Source: the human T2T-CHM13v2.0 reference genome, Homo sapiens. From it: 64,000 nucleotides of DNA. The stretch lies in the NCBI RefSeq assembly GCF_009914755.1, contig NC_060928.1, one strand, 5' to 3'. Of this stretch, positions 1 to 12,293 are shown one piece after another. The notes under the pieces were generated by a model that saw only the letters and a program-made list of their open reading frames with translations, did no database searches and was not told the origin of the DNA. The position numbers were made by a program, and so were the translations under genes. The first letter of the stretch is position 1. Each line of letters begins with the position of its first letter.

Positions 1-61
1 ACTTTTCTGTTAAGAGCATGTTTATAGTAACACCATGACTAACATACTACTGATTTTCCAG

Positions 62-376
62 TTCTGACGAGCTGACTGGCCGACTGAATGAATTTTTACT
101 GATCTTAATGTAGTATGAAAGGAACAACTAAAATAAAATATGGTTTATTCTGCTGATTTGAAGTTAATGAGGGTTTTTTATATGAAAATGTAAATGTTGA
201 TTACATATTATTCTTGTCTTAGCATGCAGATACAAACCACAGTTATAAAGAAGAGAACCCAATTCTTCACCAAAATTTTAGTTTCTTTTCTTTTTTTTAG
301 CATTTATTCTGTCTGTACTAAAAAAGAATTTGTGAAGATGCTAGCACAAATATTTATATATACTCAGTGTATTTAA
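62..376 (+). other. Candidate 3' splice acceptor(s) / terminal-exon region of an upstream gene
   Basis: Branch-point-like GACTAAC (37-43) then ...TGATTTTCCAG ending at 61; second acceptor TTCTTGTCTTAG ending at 222; AATAAA at 132; repeat-free AU-rich sequence. No recognisable protein. Confidence 0.3.
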
Positions 377-690
377 AGTGTCTTCTTATACATTTTGTAA
401 TCAAATAATCTGCAATGTTCTGTGTACTCACATAAGGAATTTTGGGGTCCAACGTATTTGAAGTTTTCATATTGAGTCAGTTGAGAGGCCAGTTCATTTT
501 AGAGACTAATCTTTATGTCTGTAATCTCTACTTTTTCCTGTGTTTATAGTTGAAATCCAGTTCTACTGAAAGTTTGTGGAATAATGACTTACACTAAGGA
601 AGTGAGTCAGTGTCTCCAAGAAATAAAAGGATTAAATTCTGAGTATAGTAATGCCCATTGGTTTCTAAGTGTAGAACTGTGTGGTGAGAG

Positions 691-760
691 AGAGAAAGTC
701 GTTATGGAGGGAGAGAAGAGGGAGAGTTGTTATGGAGGAAGAGAAAGTTGTTATGGAGGA
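691..760. repeat. Three degenerate copies of a ~21-bp unit (AGAGAAAGTTGTTATGGAGGA)
   Basis: Units at 691-711, ~719-739 and 740-760, read directly. Confidence 0.8.
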
Positions 761-963
761 AGCTGTATGAATCCTGGAAGTCCAAATACACTCCTAAATG
801 TATGATGACTTTGAAGATGGGTTAAAAAATAAGATGTACTTTTTTAGTGACATAAGTATCCATACTTAAAATGAGAATAATGTAGATTCTCTACTTATGT
901 AAGTAGAGGCATTCTTATTTATTTGGAAGATTTGTTAAGTCTAGTATCTATTTCTAAATCAGG

Positions 964-1031
964 TTTTTTTTTTTTTTTTGGTATTGGTATTTCTCCTAAT
1001 GCTATCCCTACCTCCCCTAGCCCCTGACCCC
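964..1031 (-). mobile_element. Tiny L1PA 3'-UTR fragment with poly(A) tail
   Basis: T16 at 964-979 followed by GGTATTTCTCCTAATGCTATCCC...CCCCTAGCCCC, the antisense of the L1PA 3' UTR G-rich tract. Confidence 0.7.
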
Positions 1032-1190
1032 AGATATTTTTAAGAGGAACTCTTTTGTTGTTCATTTGAGTAAGCAGTGAATGCTATTTTCTCTTTACTT
1101 TTTAAATTAAATGCATTTTCATCATTTTGAGTTTTTAAAAAAATGTTCAAAATATAGTTAACAGCATATAAATTGGTACCACTCTTTCAG

Positions 1191-1235
1191 CAATTGCTCT
1201 ACACATGTGAAAAAGTCAAGCCACGTTTTCCTAAG
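1191..1235 (+). other. Candidate 45-nt cassette/alternative exon
   Basis: CTCTTTCAG|CAATTG...CCTAAG|GTACCC; open in two frames (QLLYTCEKVKPRFPK / NCSTHVKKSSHVFL); donor is weak; another strong acceptor TTCTCTTTTTCCTAG ends at 1289. Confidence 0.3.
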
Positions 1236-1707
1236 GTACCCATTCTCTTTCAAAACATTTTTTAATGCCTGCGATTCTCTTTTTCCTAGGGCTGATGGGG
1301 TAAAATGAAGATTTGGTGAAAGTGAAATATGGTCAAAGTTTCCTCTCAAACATAGAATTTTATGGCAGTAAAAGAAAAGCAGGAGTCACTATATTTATGC
1401 ATTTGGCTTCCTGATTTTAAGGGTGAGATGATGTTTCTTAACCTTCAGTAGCAGTTCTCTTTTGCATTGCAGCTGTAATATATGTATTGTAGTTAGCGAT
1501 TGTTACATTCAAATTCATTTTTAAAAAATTTTCTAGATTGATTATTCAAAAGCCCTGTGAGAAAATTACTCGCCTTATGTTTTCTTTTGAAACATACTTA
1601 AAAATCTAGGTTAAAAATATAAACCTCTTAAGAAGAATGAATATGTGGTTATGTAGGATACTTCCTGGAAATTCTTAATGGCCTTTACTAACAAAAAAAA
1701 ATGCAAT

Positions 1708-1923
1708 ACTGAAGCCTCTGCTCCCAGGCTCAGGTGATCTTCCCACCTCAGTCTCCCGAGTAGCTGGGGCTATAGGCGCATGCCACTATGCTGAGCTAAT
1801 TTTTTTTTTTTTTTGTAGAGGCGGGGGTTTTGCCATGTTGCCTAAATTTGTGAGCTCAAGAGATCTGCCTACCTGGGCTGCCCAAAGTGCTGGGATTATA
1901 GACATGAGCCACTGTGCCTAGCC
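1708..1923 (-). mobile_element. Alu (AluJ-like), partial
   Basis: CCCAAAGTGCTGGGATTATAGACATGAGCCACTGTGCC antisense Alu 5' end, T-rich linker, diverged. Confidence 0.9.
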
Positions 1924-2184
1924 AGTAATCTTAATAAACAGATATTTCATTAATAACTTTTTTCTAAAACAATTTTTATGTGTATTTATTTTAATGATTA
2001 AAATGCTATGCCTTAAGCAATACATTTATATAAGATATAGCAGTAAAATTATGCATTTGGAACACTAATCTTAGAAATTGGTGTATTGGTTTAATTACTT
2101 TGATTTATTAATGTCTATTTCTGTGCCTGATACTTGAGAATGAAAGGAAGTATATATTCATTGAACATGGTACATAGTACATAT

Positions 2185-2548
2185 TCTGTGTATCAGATAC
2201 TCTTCCAAGTCGCTTTATGTATGTTATTGCATTTAATTCTCACATAAACTTTACAGTTATTAATCCATTTTACAGACAAAGAAACCAAGAGTTAAAGAGG
2301 TTATGATTTGCCCAAGAGTATTCAGTTAAAATATACCAATGGTAAGAGACAAACCCTGAGTTTGTTATTCTAGAGCCTTCACTCCTAACCACTGTATTAC
2401 CGAGGTCAGTAGTGTCCTCATTATACAAGGAAGAAAAAAGAGACTCACAAAAAACAAGTAACTTGTCCAAAATAGAGTAAATGGTGGAAAAAGTTTTCAA
2501 CTGAGTCTCTCTAACTTCAAATTTTAGCCCATTTTACTATGCCACACA
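2185..2548 (-). mobile_element. Two adjacent MIR fragments
   Basis: MIR core antisense: CCATTTTACAGACAAAGAAACC...GAGGTTATGATTTGCCCAAG; second copy with AAGTAACTTGTCCAA. Confidence 0.7.
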
Positions 2549-2903
2549 GGGGTTGACAAATCAGATTGGGGAAAGAAGAGGTTATAGACCATCAGAAGTG
2601 CATAAGAAGGGTTCATAGGATAGGCAAAGACCTGCCTGGAGAACCCATGTCTGTTTAACCTTTCAGTGCATAGAAACTTGCCATATGGGCTTAGAAGTCA
2701 GCTTGTGTCTATGGGCCCTTTTTCTATAGTGATACTGAGAACACTCTAGAAGCAATGATCATGAATGCTCTTGCATAAGGCGTGTATTTTCACTTCAGTA
2801 AGAAAACAGTGAGGCCCAGAAGATTGTTTGCAGGTCAGTAATTGTTGCTTGTGGTGCTTGTTTGGAGTCAATACGGGGCCTGGTCTTCTACTTGCACATG
2901 CAG

Positions 2904-3060
2904 GAGTTTTCAGCAGCCAGATTGGCCTGGTGGAGTCCTTAGAGAATTTGAGATGTCACTTACGATGCCAGATACCATTCTGAGGCAGGAGTCTGGATCT
3001 GCTGCAAGAAATACAGCTTTAAAAAACTGTGTGACAACAAGAAGAGGCACATACACTTGA
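2904..3060 (+). other. Candidate alternative/terminal exon
   Basis: TCTTCTACTTGCACATGCAG| acceptor; more GC-balanced unique sequence with an open frame to TGA at 3058-3060 (ORF 2842-3060); no homology recognised. Confidence 0.25.
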
Positions 3061-3584
3061 AAAGAAGACCATTCTTTTTATTGAAAAAATTTGTACCTGT
3101 GATTTTCTGATCTGCTGGACATTGACAGAATGTTACACTAACTCCAGGCTAATTGTTCAATAGTTAAAGATGAAAAGTGAGGAGTAACATAGGCAGACTT
3201 TTATAACACATGATGATGAACAATACTTTGCTGATGATCTCTGATTGGTAGGTTTTACGACAATTTGGATAGATGTCCTCTTGTTTTTAATTCTTTGGTG
3301 AGTGGGAAGAGCAAAGGAATGCAGAAGAGAGGCAGAGAAGTTTCTGGGAAGGGTGAAAGTATGAACTAGTAGTAGAAAGAGAAAAAGACTGAGTTTTACA
3401 GGGAATAAGAGATATTGACTTAATTCCAGAAAACATGAAAAGAAAGTTTGGATATCCCAGGTGGAATATGCATCTGTTGGCTTTGTTGATTTTTATTATC
3501 CTTCAATAATAGAAACTGAGACACAGGAGAACAGTTTTGGAACATTAAATGTGGAGCTATTTCTATTTAAAAATAAATGTAATA

Positions 3585-3942
3585 CGGTAGCCTCCCCTTT
3601 TCCTCAGGGTATACATTGCAAAACCCTCAGTGTATGCATGAAACTGTGGATAGATTAGAACCCTATAGAGACTATGTCTTTTCCTAATACAATTACATCA
3701 TATGGGGCAAGCAGTATATACAGCATAGATATGCTGAACAAACGGTTGATTCAAATCATGCCAGGTGGGATAGTATGGGACAATGTGAGATTTCACCATG
3801 CTGCTCAGAACAGCATGCAACTTAAAACTTAAGAATTTGAATAGAGGTTTATCCAAACTTTTATTTCTGGAATTTTCCATTTAATATTTTGGACCGTTGT
3901 GGATGAGGTTAACTTAAACTGTGAAAGGGAAACTTACTATTG
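3585..3942 (-). mobile_element. MER44A-like (Tigger7-derived) DNA transposon
   Basis: TA|CGGTAGCCTCCCCTT terminal repeat, internal ATTTCTGGAATTTTCCATTTAATATTTT, ends ACTATTG|TA. Confidence 0.8.
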
Positions 3943-4342
3943 TATTTTATGAATTTGTTAAAGAGAAATCTAAACATGCTTCTTTTTTATTTTTTATTTT
4001 TATTGATGCATAATAATTGTACCTATTTATGGGGTACATGTGGTATTTTGATACAAGCATACAATGTGCAATGATCAAATTGGGGTACTTAGGATATCCA
4101 TCACCTAAACATTTATCCTTTCTTTGTGTTAGGAATCAGAATGTTTCTAACACAAAGAAATGATAAATGTTTGAGGTGGTGGATATTCTCTGCAGTTATT
4201 TTGAAAGATACAGTAGGTTATTGTTAACTATAGTCTCCCTATTGTGCTACCAGATATTAGATCTAATTCCTTCTATTTGACTGTATTTTTGTACCCATTA
4301 ACCAACCCATCTTTATCCTTTCGTTGTCCCTTTCATTCCTAG

Positions 4343-4597
<255 letters not shown>

Positions 4598-4642
4598 AGG
4601 ATCAGCTTTTTAAACCCTCGCATGCAAGTGAGAAACATGTAA

Positions 4643-5334
<692 letters not shown>

Positions 5335-6286
5335 TCCATTTATCTAGTGATGGATGCTTAGGTTGATTTCATATCTTGGCTACTGTGAATTATGTTGCAA
5401 TAAATATGGGAGTGCAGATATGTCTTCAGTACACCGATTTCCTTTCTTTTGGGTATTTACCTAGCAGTGGGATTGCTGAATCACATGGTAGTTCTATTTT
5501 AGTTTTTTGAGGAATCTTTATACTGTTTTCTATAGTGGCTGTACTAATTTACATTCCCACCAACAGTATGAAAGTTTCCCTTTCTCTTCATCCTTGCTAG
5601 CGTTTGAATTTTAAAAATCTTTTTGATAAAAGCCATTTTAACTGGTGTGAGATGTTACCATTTTAATTGAAACTTTGATTTGCATTTCCCTAATGATTAG
5701 TGATATTGAGCATTTCCTCATATATCTATTGCCCTTTTGTATATCTTCTTTTGAGAAATATCTTTACAGGTCTTTTGCCTATTTTAAAAATTGGATTATT
5801 ATTATTTTTTTCCTGTTGTTTGAGTTCCTTATATATTCTGGTTATTAATTCCTTGTCAGTTGAATAGCTTACAAATATTTTCTCCCATTCTATAAGTTGT
5901 CTCTTTACTTTGTTGATTGTTTATTTTACTGTGCAGAAGTGTTTTAGTATGATGTGATCTCACTTATCCATTTTTGCCTTGGTTGCCTGTGGTTTTGAAG
6001 CTTTACTCATAAAACCTTTGCCCAGACCAAGGTCCTGAAGCTTTTTTGCAATGTTTTCTTCTAGTAGTTTTATGGTATCAGGTCTCACAATTACACCTTT
6101 AATCCATTTTGATTTTATTTTTGTATATGGTGAGGGATAGGGGTCCACTTTTGTTCTTCTGCATATGGATATCCAGGGTTCCCAGCACCATTTATTGAAG
6201 AGGCTGTCCTATTCCCAATGTATGTACTTGGTGCCTTTGTCAAAAATAAGTTGACTGGATATGCATGGATTTATTTTTGAATGTCC

Positions 6287-6398
6287 TTTATCCAAACTTT
6301 ATGTCTAGAATTTTCCATTTCATATTTTTAGAATGATGTTGACCAAGCATAACTGAAGCCATGGAAAGAGAAACTGTGGATAAGGGGAACACTATTAT
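6287..6398 (-). mobile_element. Second copy of the MER44 terminus
   Basis: TTTATCCAAACTTTATGTCTAGAATTTTCCATTTCATATTTT...GAAACTGTGGATAAGGGGAACACTATTA, matching 3848-3942. Confidence 0.8.
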
Positions 6399-6515
6399 AT
6401 TTTATAAATGCTTAAAAATTTTTCAATGTTTGGAAGCTTTCTTAGGAGGTTCTCACTGCAGAGATCAGGAAATATTTATTAACCACCCACTTTGTGAACA
6501 GCAGTGTGTTGGTTA

Positions 6516-6902
6516 TGATATGGTTTGGTTCTGTGTCCCTACCCAAATCTCATCTTGAATTGCAATCATATATGTTGAGAGAGGAACCTGTAATATCCAT
6601 GTGTTAAGGGAGGGAGGTAATTTGGCCATAAGGGTGATTTCCCCCATGCTGTTCTCGTGATAGTGAGTTCTCACAAGATCTGATGGTTTTATAAATATTT
6701 GACAGCTCCTCCTTCACACACATTTCTCTTTACTGCCACCTTGTGAAGAAGGTGCCTGCTTCCCCTTCGCCTTCCACCATGATTGTAAGTTCCTGAGACC
6801 TCCCCAGTCGTGTGGAACTGTGAGTCAGTTAAACCTCTTTTCTTTATGAATTACGCAGTCTTGAGTAGTATCTTTCTAGCGGTGTGAAAATGGACTAATA
6901 CA
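6516..6902 (+). mobile_element. THE1D-like MaLR solo LTR
   Basis: TGATATGGTTTGG...GTGTGAAAATGGACTAATACA; 5-bp TSD GGTT(A/C). Confidence 0.92.
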
Positions 6903-7029
6903 GGTTCTTTGAAGGCATATTGAAAAAACAGGATATAAGGGGGTCTGCAAATCAATAGTGAGGTAAAATCGTCAAACATGAAGCAAATGGAGGCATGAAT
7001 ATTCAAGATAGAATGTTTTAATGATATAT

Positions 7030-7400
7030 ACATTAAACATTATGAAGTTCAGAGGTAAGGGCAGCTTCCCTGGAGGAAATGGAATTGAAGCTAGATCTTG
7101 ATGGATAGATAAGTTTTGGGGAGGAAGATTCACATCATGTTTGAATGGGGATGTTTGGCAAAGAAGAGATTGCTTTTAGGCAGAAGAATGATACTGGGGT
7201 CTTGAAGAACTGAAGATGTCTGAGATGCTCATAGGGCAGTAGCCAGCTGGTTCTTAGTGCATTTTGGGGAAAATCGTGGAGAGGGGAAGGCCTGAGATTG
7301 CATAGTGAGAGTGAGGCCCACCTGGTGATCTCTATTATGGTCAAGGATTAGGATCCCCTGAGGAACCACAGAAGCTACCAGTTATTCAGAGAGTGGTTAA
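7030..7400 (-). mobile_element. Degraded L2 fragment
   Basis: GCTTCCCTGGAGGAAATGGAATTGAAGCTAGATCTTGA resembles antisense L2. Confidence 0.45.
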
Positions 7401-7874
7401 AGAACAAAAGGAGGATTTCTTTTCACTTGAGGGCACTCATCTAAATTAACTTTTTGTTGACAAAGAAATGAGTACTCAGTCCTTTCATGCTTCCTTTACT
7501 GAAAGGTGATAGAATCTCCTTCATTAGTTCATAATCCAAGTGTAAGGGAAACATATTATTTTAAAATTGTTACTTATAGTTAAAAGTTTCTCAGTGGGTT
7601 GGAAATTTAGGCTAGATTCAGATTTCTTTCAGATTTTTTTTCTTGTAGCTTTTGTAAATATTGATTCACCCTAGAAATGAGTTATGGGTAGGAGGGATCT
7701 TTAAGAAAATTTTTTTACTATGGAACATAGCATTCCAGAAAAACCTCATTTCTATTGATGAATGGCTGTTGGCATACAGAAACCTGGCATGTGGTCGAGG
7801 AGAAGGGATACAGCTGACATGAGAAAAGCTTGAGAAGGAAACTATAATCCCCCTTCAAATTCACTGCTCATTAG

Positions 7875-8300
7875 AGGAGCTAAAATGATTAAGCAGCTGG
7901 AGGTTTTGATGTATGAGGAAAGATTAAAAGAATTACATGTGTGTAGGTTGGCTAAAGAGCTAAGGAGTGTGTGTGCCTGTGTGTGAGGTGGGGATCTGAT
8001 AGCCATTTGCAGATAATTGAAGGCATAAGCCCCCCAAAAGGAGAGGGATTGTGAAGGTGGTCCTTAGGGGATTATCTAAGGGTAATGAATGAACGGAAGA
8101 AGAGAAAGAAAATGGTTTCATCAGGAAGACTTTCATAATGGGTGAGATTTAAGAGGCCATAAAATAATCTCCCAGAAGAGGTGGTGAAATTCCCATCTCT
8201 TGAGTCATTTGGAGGAGGCCTAAAAAGTTTTGGAAGTGTATAATGCTACCCTGGTGGGGGAACAGATTTAGTAACCAAGACCATCCTGGGTCCTGATGTT
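7875..8300 (+). mobile_element. CR1/L3 LINE 3' fragment
   Basis: TATGAGGAAAGATTAAAAGAATT...GGGGATCTGATAGCC...CCCAGAAGAGGTGGTGAAATTCCCATCTCTTGAG, typical of the CR1 ORF2 end. Confidence 0.7.
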
Positions 8301-9693
8301 TTACAGCTCCATTTTTAAGATGAATCAATTGATAAACAATAAATTTGGAAGCTTCCCAGGAACTGAGTCTGTCTCATCTCACTGATAATTTTCTTCAAGT
8401 AATAAAGACACATTCCATACCTCTTCCTCGCTTGATTTCTACCCATTGTCCTTGACATTGTATCATTTCTTAAGGGACATAAAGGCCCAATGATGGAGGA
8501 ATTGCAGGATTGAAAGGGTTAGCAGCAAGTCATTCAGCAAATGGCAATATTAATACAGCATCCCTGCACTGCAGTCTCCTTTCCAAACAGGACTGCTCTC
8601 TGATACATTGTCAGAACTCCTTGCATTGTGTTCTTCAGGGTTCCTCAGCATTAATCAGCATCTGGACTGTGCCACTCTTGCAAATGAAATTGGTCAAGAA
8701 TAGCCTTTCCCCAGTATCATGATGAAGCAGAATTTTTTTCTGGTGTCTTTTGATAATGAGAATGACAGTATTCTATCTTTATATTAATAGTTCACAGCAA
8801 CTAAAAGAGGTGGGATCTCAGAACACTTCATTTAATGCCAATAGAATTGTAACAGAAACCTTATGACCTTGTATGGTCCTTTTCTGTGATCTCACAGTTT
8901 CTTTAGTTTTTCCTCTATGTGAGTAATAATAAATGATTCTTACACAAAGATTTATGTACACATATTTCTTCACAGTGTTACTTACACAATTAATGCTAAG
9001 AAACACCCTAAATATTCAATATTTGGTAAAAAGTCTTTCTTTATGTCCTTATAGTAGATTGTTACAGCTGTGAAACTCATGGTTTTGAAGAATATACAAT
9101 GACATCTAAAAATGTGCATGATAATGTTGGAAGAAGCAAGCAGGACCTACAAATACAATATAATTCTAAATGTACTTAGATAAAAAGATAGATAAATAGA
9201 CATGTATCTTGCCTTTCTATCCTTGAATGATGAAATTAAGAGTAATGTTTTCTTCTTCGTACTGTTTTACATGTTCTGCAATTAATATATATTATTTACC
9301 AAATCTGTTATTTAAACAGATTTTTCTTTTAAATTAAAAAAATGAGTGTTTGGATGCAAGTGTTTTGCAAGAAGCAATAGATAACGTGCACAGAGCTCAA
9401 AGTGAACTTTTCCACATTAAAAAATAAATTAAATAAAAACACATGTGGAGCATCTGTACAATTTAAAAAGTGAGAAATCAATTTTTGGATTTTTTTCATC
9501 CAAAATATTTTTATGAACTGAAACTAGAAGAAAATTAAGATGAGTTTGAGTCAGCATTTCACAAGCTGCTCCAAAGTACTCCAGTGTACCAAAATATTTT
9601 ATAATATTTAAATATTAGACATTTTAAGCATTAACAAAGATGGATTTCTATTTTTCTTGACCTATTAGAGACTTTAACATGGCAATGAGTATT

Positions 9694-10825
9694 TCTTTTT
9701 TTAAATTTAATTTTATTTTATTTTAAGTTCCAAGATACATGTGCAGGATGTGCAGGTTTGTTACGTAGGTAAATGTGTGCCATAGTGGTTTGTTGCACCT
9801 ATCAACCCATCACCTAGGTGTTAAGCCCAGCATCCGTTAGCTATTTATCCTGATGCTCTCCTCCTTCCACCTTCCCTGCATCTCCAACCAACAGGCCCCA
9901 GTGTGTGTTGTTCCCCTGCCTGGGTCCATGTGTTCTCATTGTTCAGCTCCCACTTATAAGGAAGAACATGCAGTATTTGGTTTTCAGTTCCTGTGTTAGT
10001 TTGCTATGGATAATGGCTTCTAGCTCCACCCACGACCCAGCAAAGGACATGATCTCCTTTCTTTTTATGGCTGGATAGTGTTCTATGGTGTATATGTACC
10101 ACATTTTCTTTATCCAGTCTATCATTGATGGGCTTTCGGGTTGATTCCATGTGTTTGGGATTGTGAATAGTGTTGCAATGAACATAAGCATGCATGTATC
10201 TTTATAATATTATAGGATGATTTATATTCCTTTGGGTATATACTCAGTAATGGGATTGCTGAGTCAAATGGTATTTCTGTTCTAGGTCTTTAAGGAAACA
10301 CTGTATTGCCTTCCACCATGATTGAGCTAATTTACACTCCCACCAACAGTGTGAAAGAGTTCCTATCTCTCAGCAGCCCTGCCAGCATCTTCTGTTTCTT
10401 GACTTTTTAATAATCGCCCTTCTGACTGGTGTGAGATAATATCTCATTGTGGTTTTGATTTGCATTTCTGTAATGATCAGTGATGGTGAGCTTGTTTTTT
10501 CATGTTTGTTGGCCACATGAATGTCTTCTTTTGAGAAGTTTGTGTTCATTATGTTCATGTCCTTTGCCCGCTTTTTAATTTTTATTTTTTGTAAATTTAA
10601 GTTCCTTGTAGATTCTGGATATTAGCCCTTTGTCAGATGGATAGATTGGAAAAACTTTTTTCCCATTCTGTAGGTTGTCTGTTCCCTCTGATGATTGTTT
10701 CTTTTGCTGTGCAGAAGCTCTTTAGTTTAATTAGATCCCATTTGTCAGTTTTTGCTTTTGTTGCAGTTGCTTTCGACGTTTTTGTCATGAAATCTTCACC
10801 TGTGCCTATGACTTGAATGGTGTGT
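9694..10825 (-). mobile_element. L1PA (older, ~PA10-13) 3' end, 5'-truncated
   Basis: TTTAAGTTCCAAGATACATGTGCAGGATGTGCAGG...; ORF2 C-terminal remnants (ORFs 9943-10191, 10370-10558); possible TSD TG(A/T)GTATTTCT. Confidence 0.93.
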
Positions 10826-11102
10826 ATTTCTAATTCTTCAAGAGAAGGATATTGCATTATGTTTAACAGTAAATCAATAGAGGGATTACTGTGAAAATCA
10901 GGAAAAAAACAAAGTTTTCTATTATTAGTTTTGTTATTAAATTTTTTCTTATTATGTTTGTTATTTAACATTATTGTGGAAGATCAGAATTTTGAAAAAA
11001 TAAAAATTATAATAATTAGAAAGGAAAAAATTATCAAATGAAACAAAATTATACTTACAAAGTAAACTCATGAGATTATCACAAATTTTAAAATGTGAAA
11101 GT

Positions 11103-11210
11103 TTATTCATTCATTTAATAAATATTTACGGTGTGCTTGTGGTGACCCTGGTACTCTTTTCATCAATAAACAAAAAAGATGAAAATCTTTGTCACTGAGG
11201 AGCTTTCATT
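11103..11210 (-). mobile_element. L2 3' end fragment
   Basis: TTATTCATTCATTTAATAAATATTTA...GAGGAGCTTTCATT. Confidence 0.55.
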
Positions 11211-12116
11211 ATGTTAAACTTTAAATCTTCTACAATATAATAAGTTTCCGTATGTGCACACCAGATAATGCAAAAATAATCTTTACACAGAGTTTTGCAT
11301 TTGTTTGTTTTTTACTAGAATAGAAATAATGACCTACAAAAAGATAAATAAAGATTTCTTATACATATTGTTAAAATAATTTAAATTGATTTGATATTTT
11401 TCTCTAATAATATAAATCATTGTTAGCATCTTTTACTAATTTTTCTTTCATTTCTTAGTCTGAGATGCTTCATTCAAGGCATAGAAAAGTATATTAGATA
11501 TACACATATGCATACATATTCTATTTTATTAATCTGCCTCTTTTACTTTACATATGCAGAAGAAAAGGGACAGATCATTTCCAAGTCATCCCAAATGAAT
11601 AAACTAATAAACTGGATAGCCATGATGAAGACCAAGTGGTCTAGTTTTTGAGTACCCACCTCTTACCCAGTATGCTGTGTTAAATGTCAGCACCTGGGGT
11701 ATCATTAGCCATTAAGGAATTTCATGTCCTTCTTCCTAGGGACCTAGCTCACCATCTTTCTTGTCTTGTTCTTTTTTTTTTTCTCCTTTGGCCTGCCTGG
11801 AGACCATGAAAATTGTTCCCTCTGTAGTGAGGATATTGAGCAGGCATTCAGTTCTTTTGATCTCACTCCAGCCCACACTGGCCATGCATGCACTGAGGGC
11901 TGTCATCCTACAGCCAGAAAGGCTGAGCAAGGTGCCTGTTCCAGCGGAGGGCATTTTCTTTCCTAAAATGGGTTCTGATGTCAGCTTTTGTATCACCCTG
12001 TCTTTTTCTTCCCCTCATGGCATAATTTCTGCTCTATAATTGAGGTTTTGATGGATCACTATCAATTTTCAGAAAATTTCTTTTTCTCTTTGGCTTTTTA
12101 GCTCACACCTGTTAAG

Positions 12117-12293
12117 GGATCCTGCCATTATTTAAAATTTGATACTTTGTCCATCATAGGTGCTTGCATTCACTTTGATTTTCAAAAAAATTATTGCATC
12201 AAAAGATTATCTTATTTCCCCAATTTTTTGTCACTCCTTTGAATTTTGTGGACAAGGCAAACGCTTCACTTGCCTAATCTTAGTCCCAGCCTG
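12117..12293 (-). mobile_element. MER96B-like hAT DNA transposon fragment
   Basis: Reverse complement reads CCAGGCTGGGACTAAGATTAGGCAAGTGAAGCG...CAAAATTCAAAGG...ATCAAATTTTAAATAATGGCAGGATCC. Confidence 0.6.

Noticed and set aside
691-760. Short direct repeats resembling a CRISPR array
   Set aside because: Eukaryotic context, no unique spacers, no cas genes; simple minisatellite
797-855. Box C-like ATGATGA suggesting a C/D snoRNA
   Set aside because: No CTGA D box at a suitable distance and no convincing terminal stem
3207-3245. ATGATGA...CTGA snoRNA-like motifs
   Set aside because: Boxes only ~30 nt apart, too short, no terminal stem
9547-9556. TGAGTCAGCA ARE/MARE-like motif
   Set aside because: Single motif without supporting context; expected by chance in 64 kb
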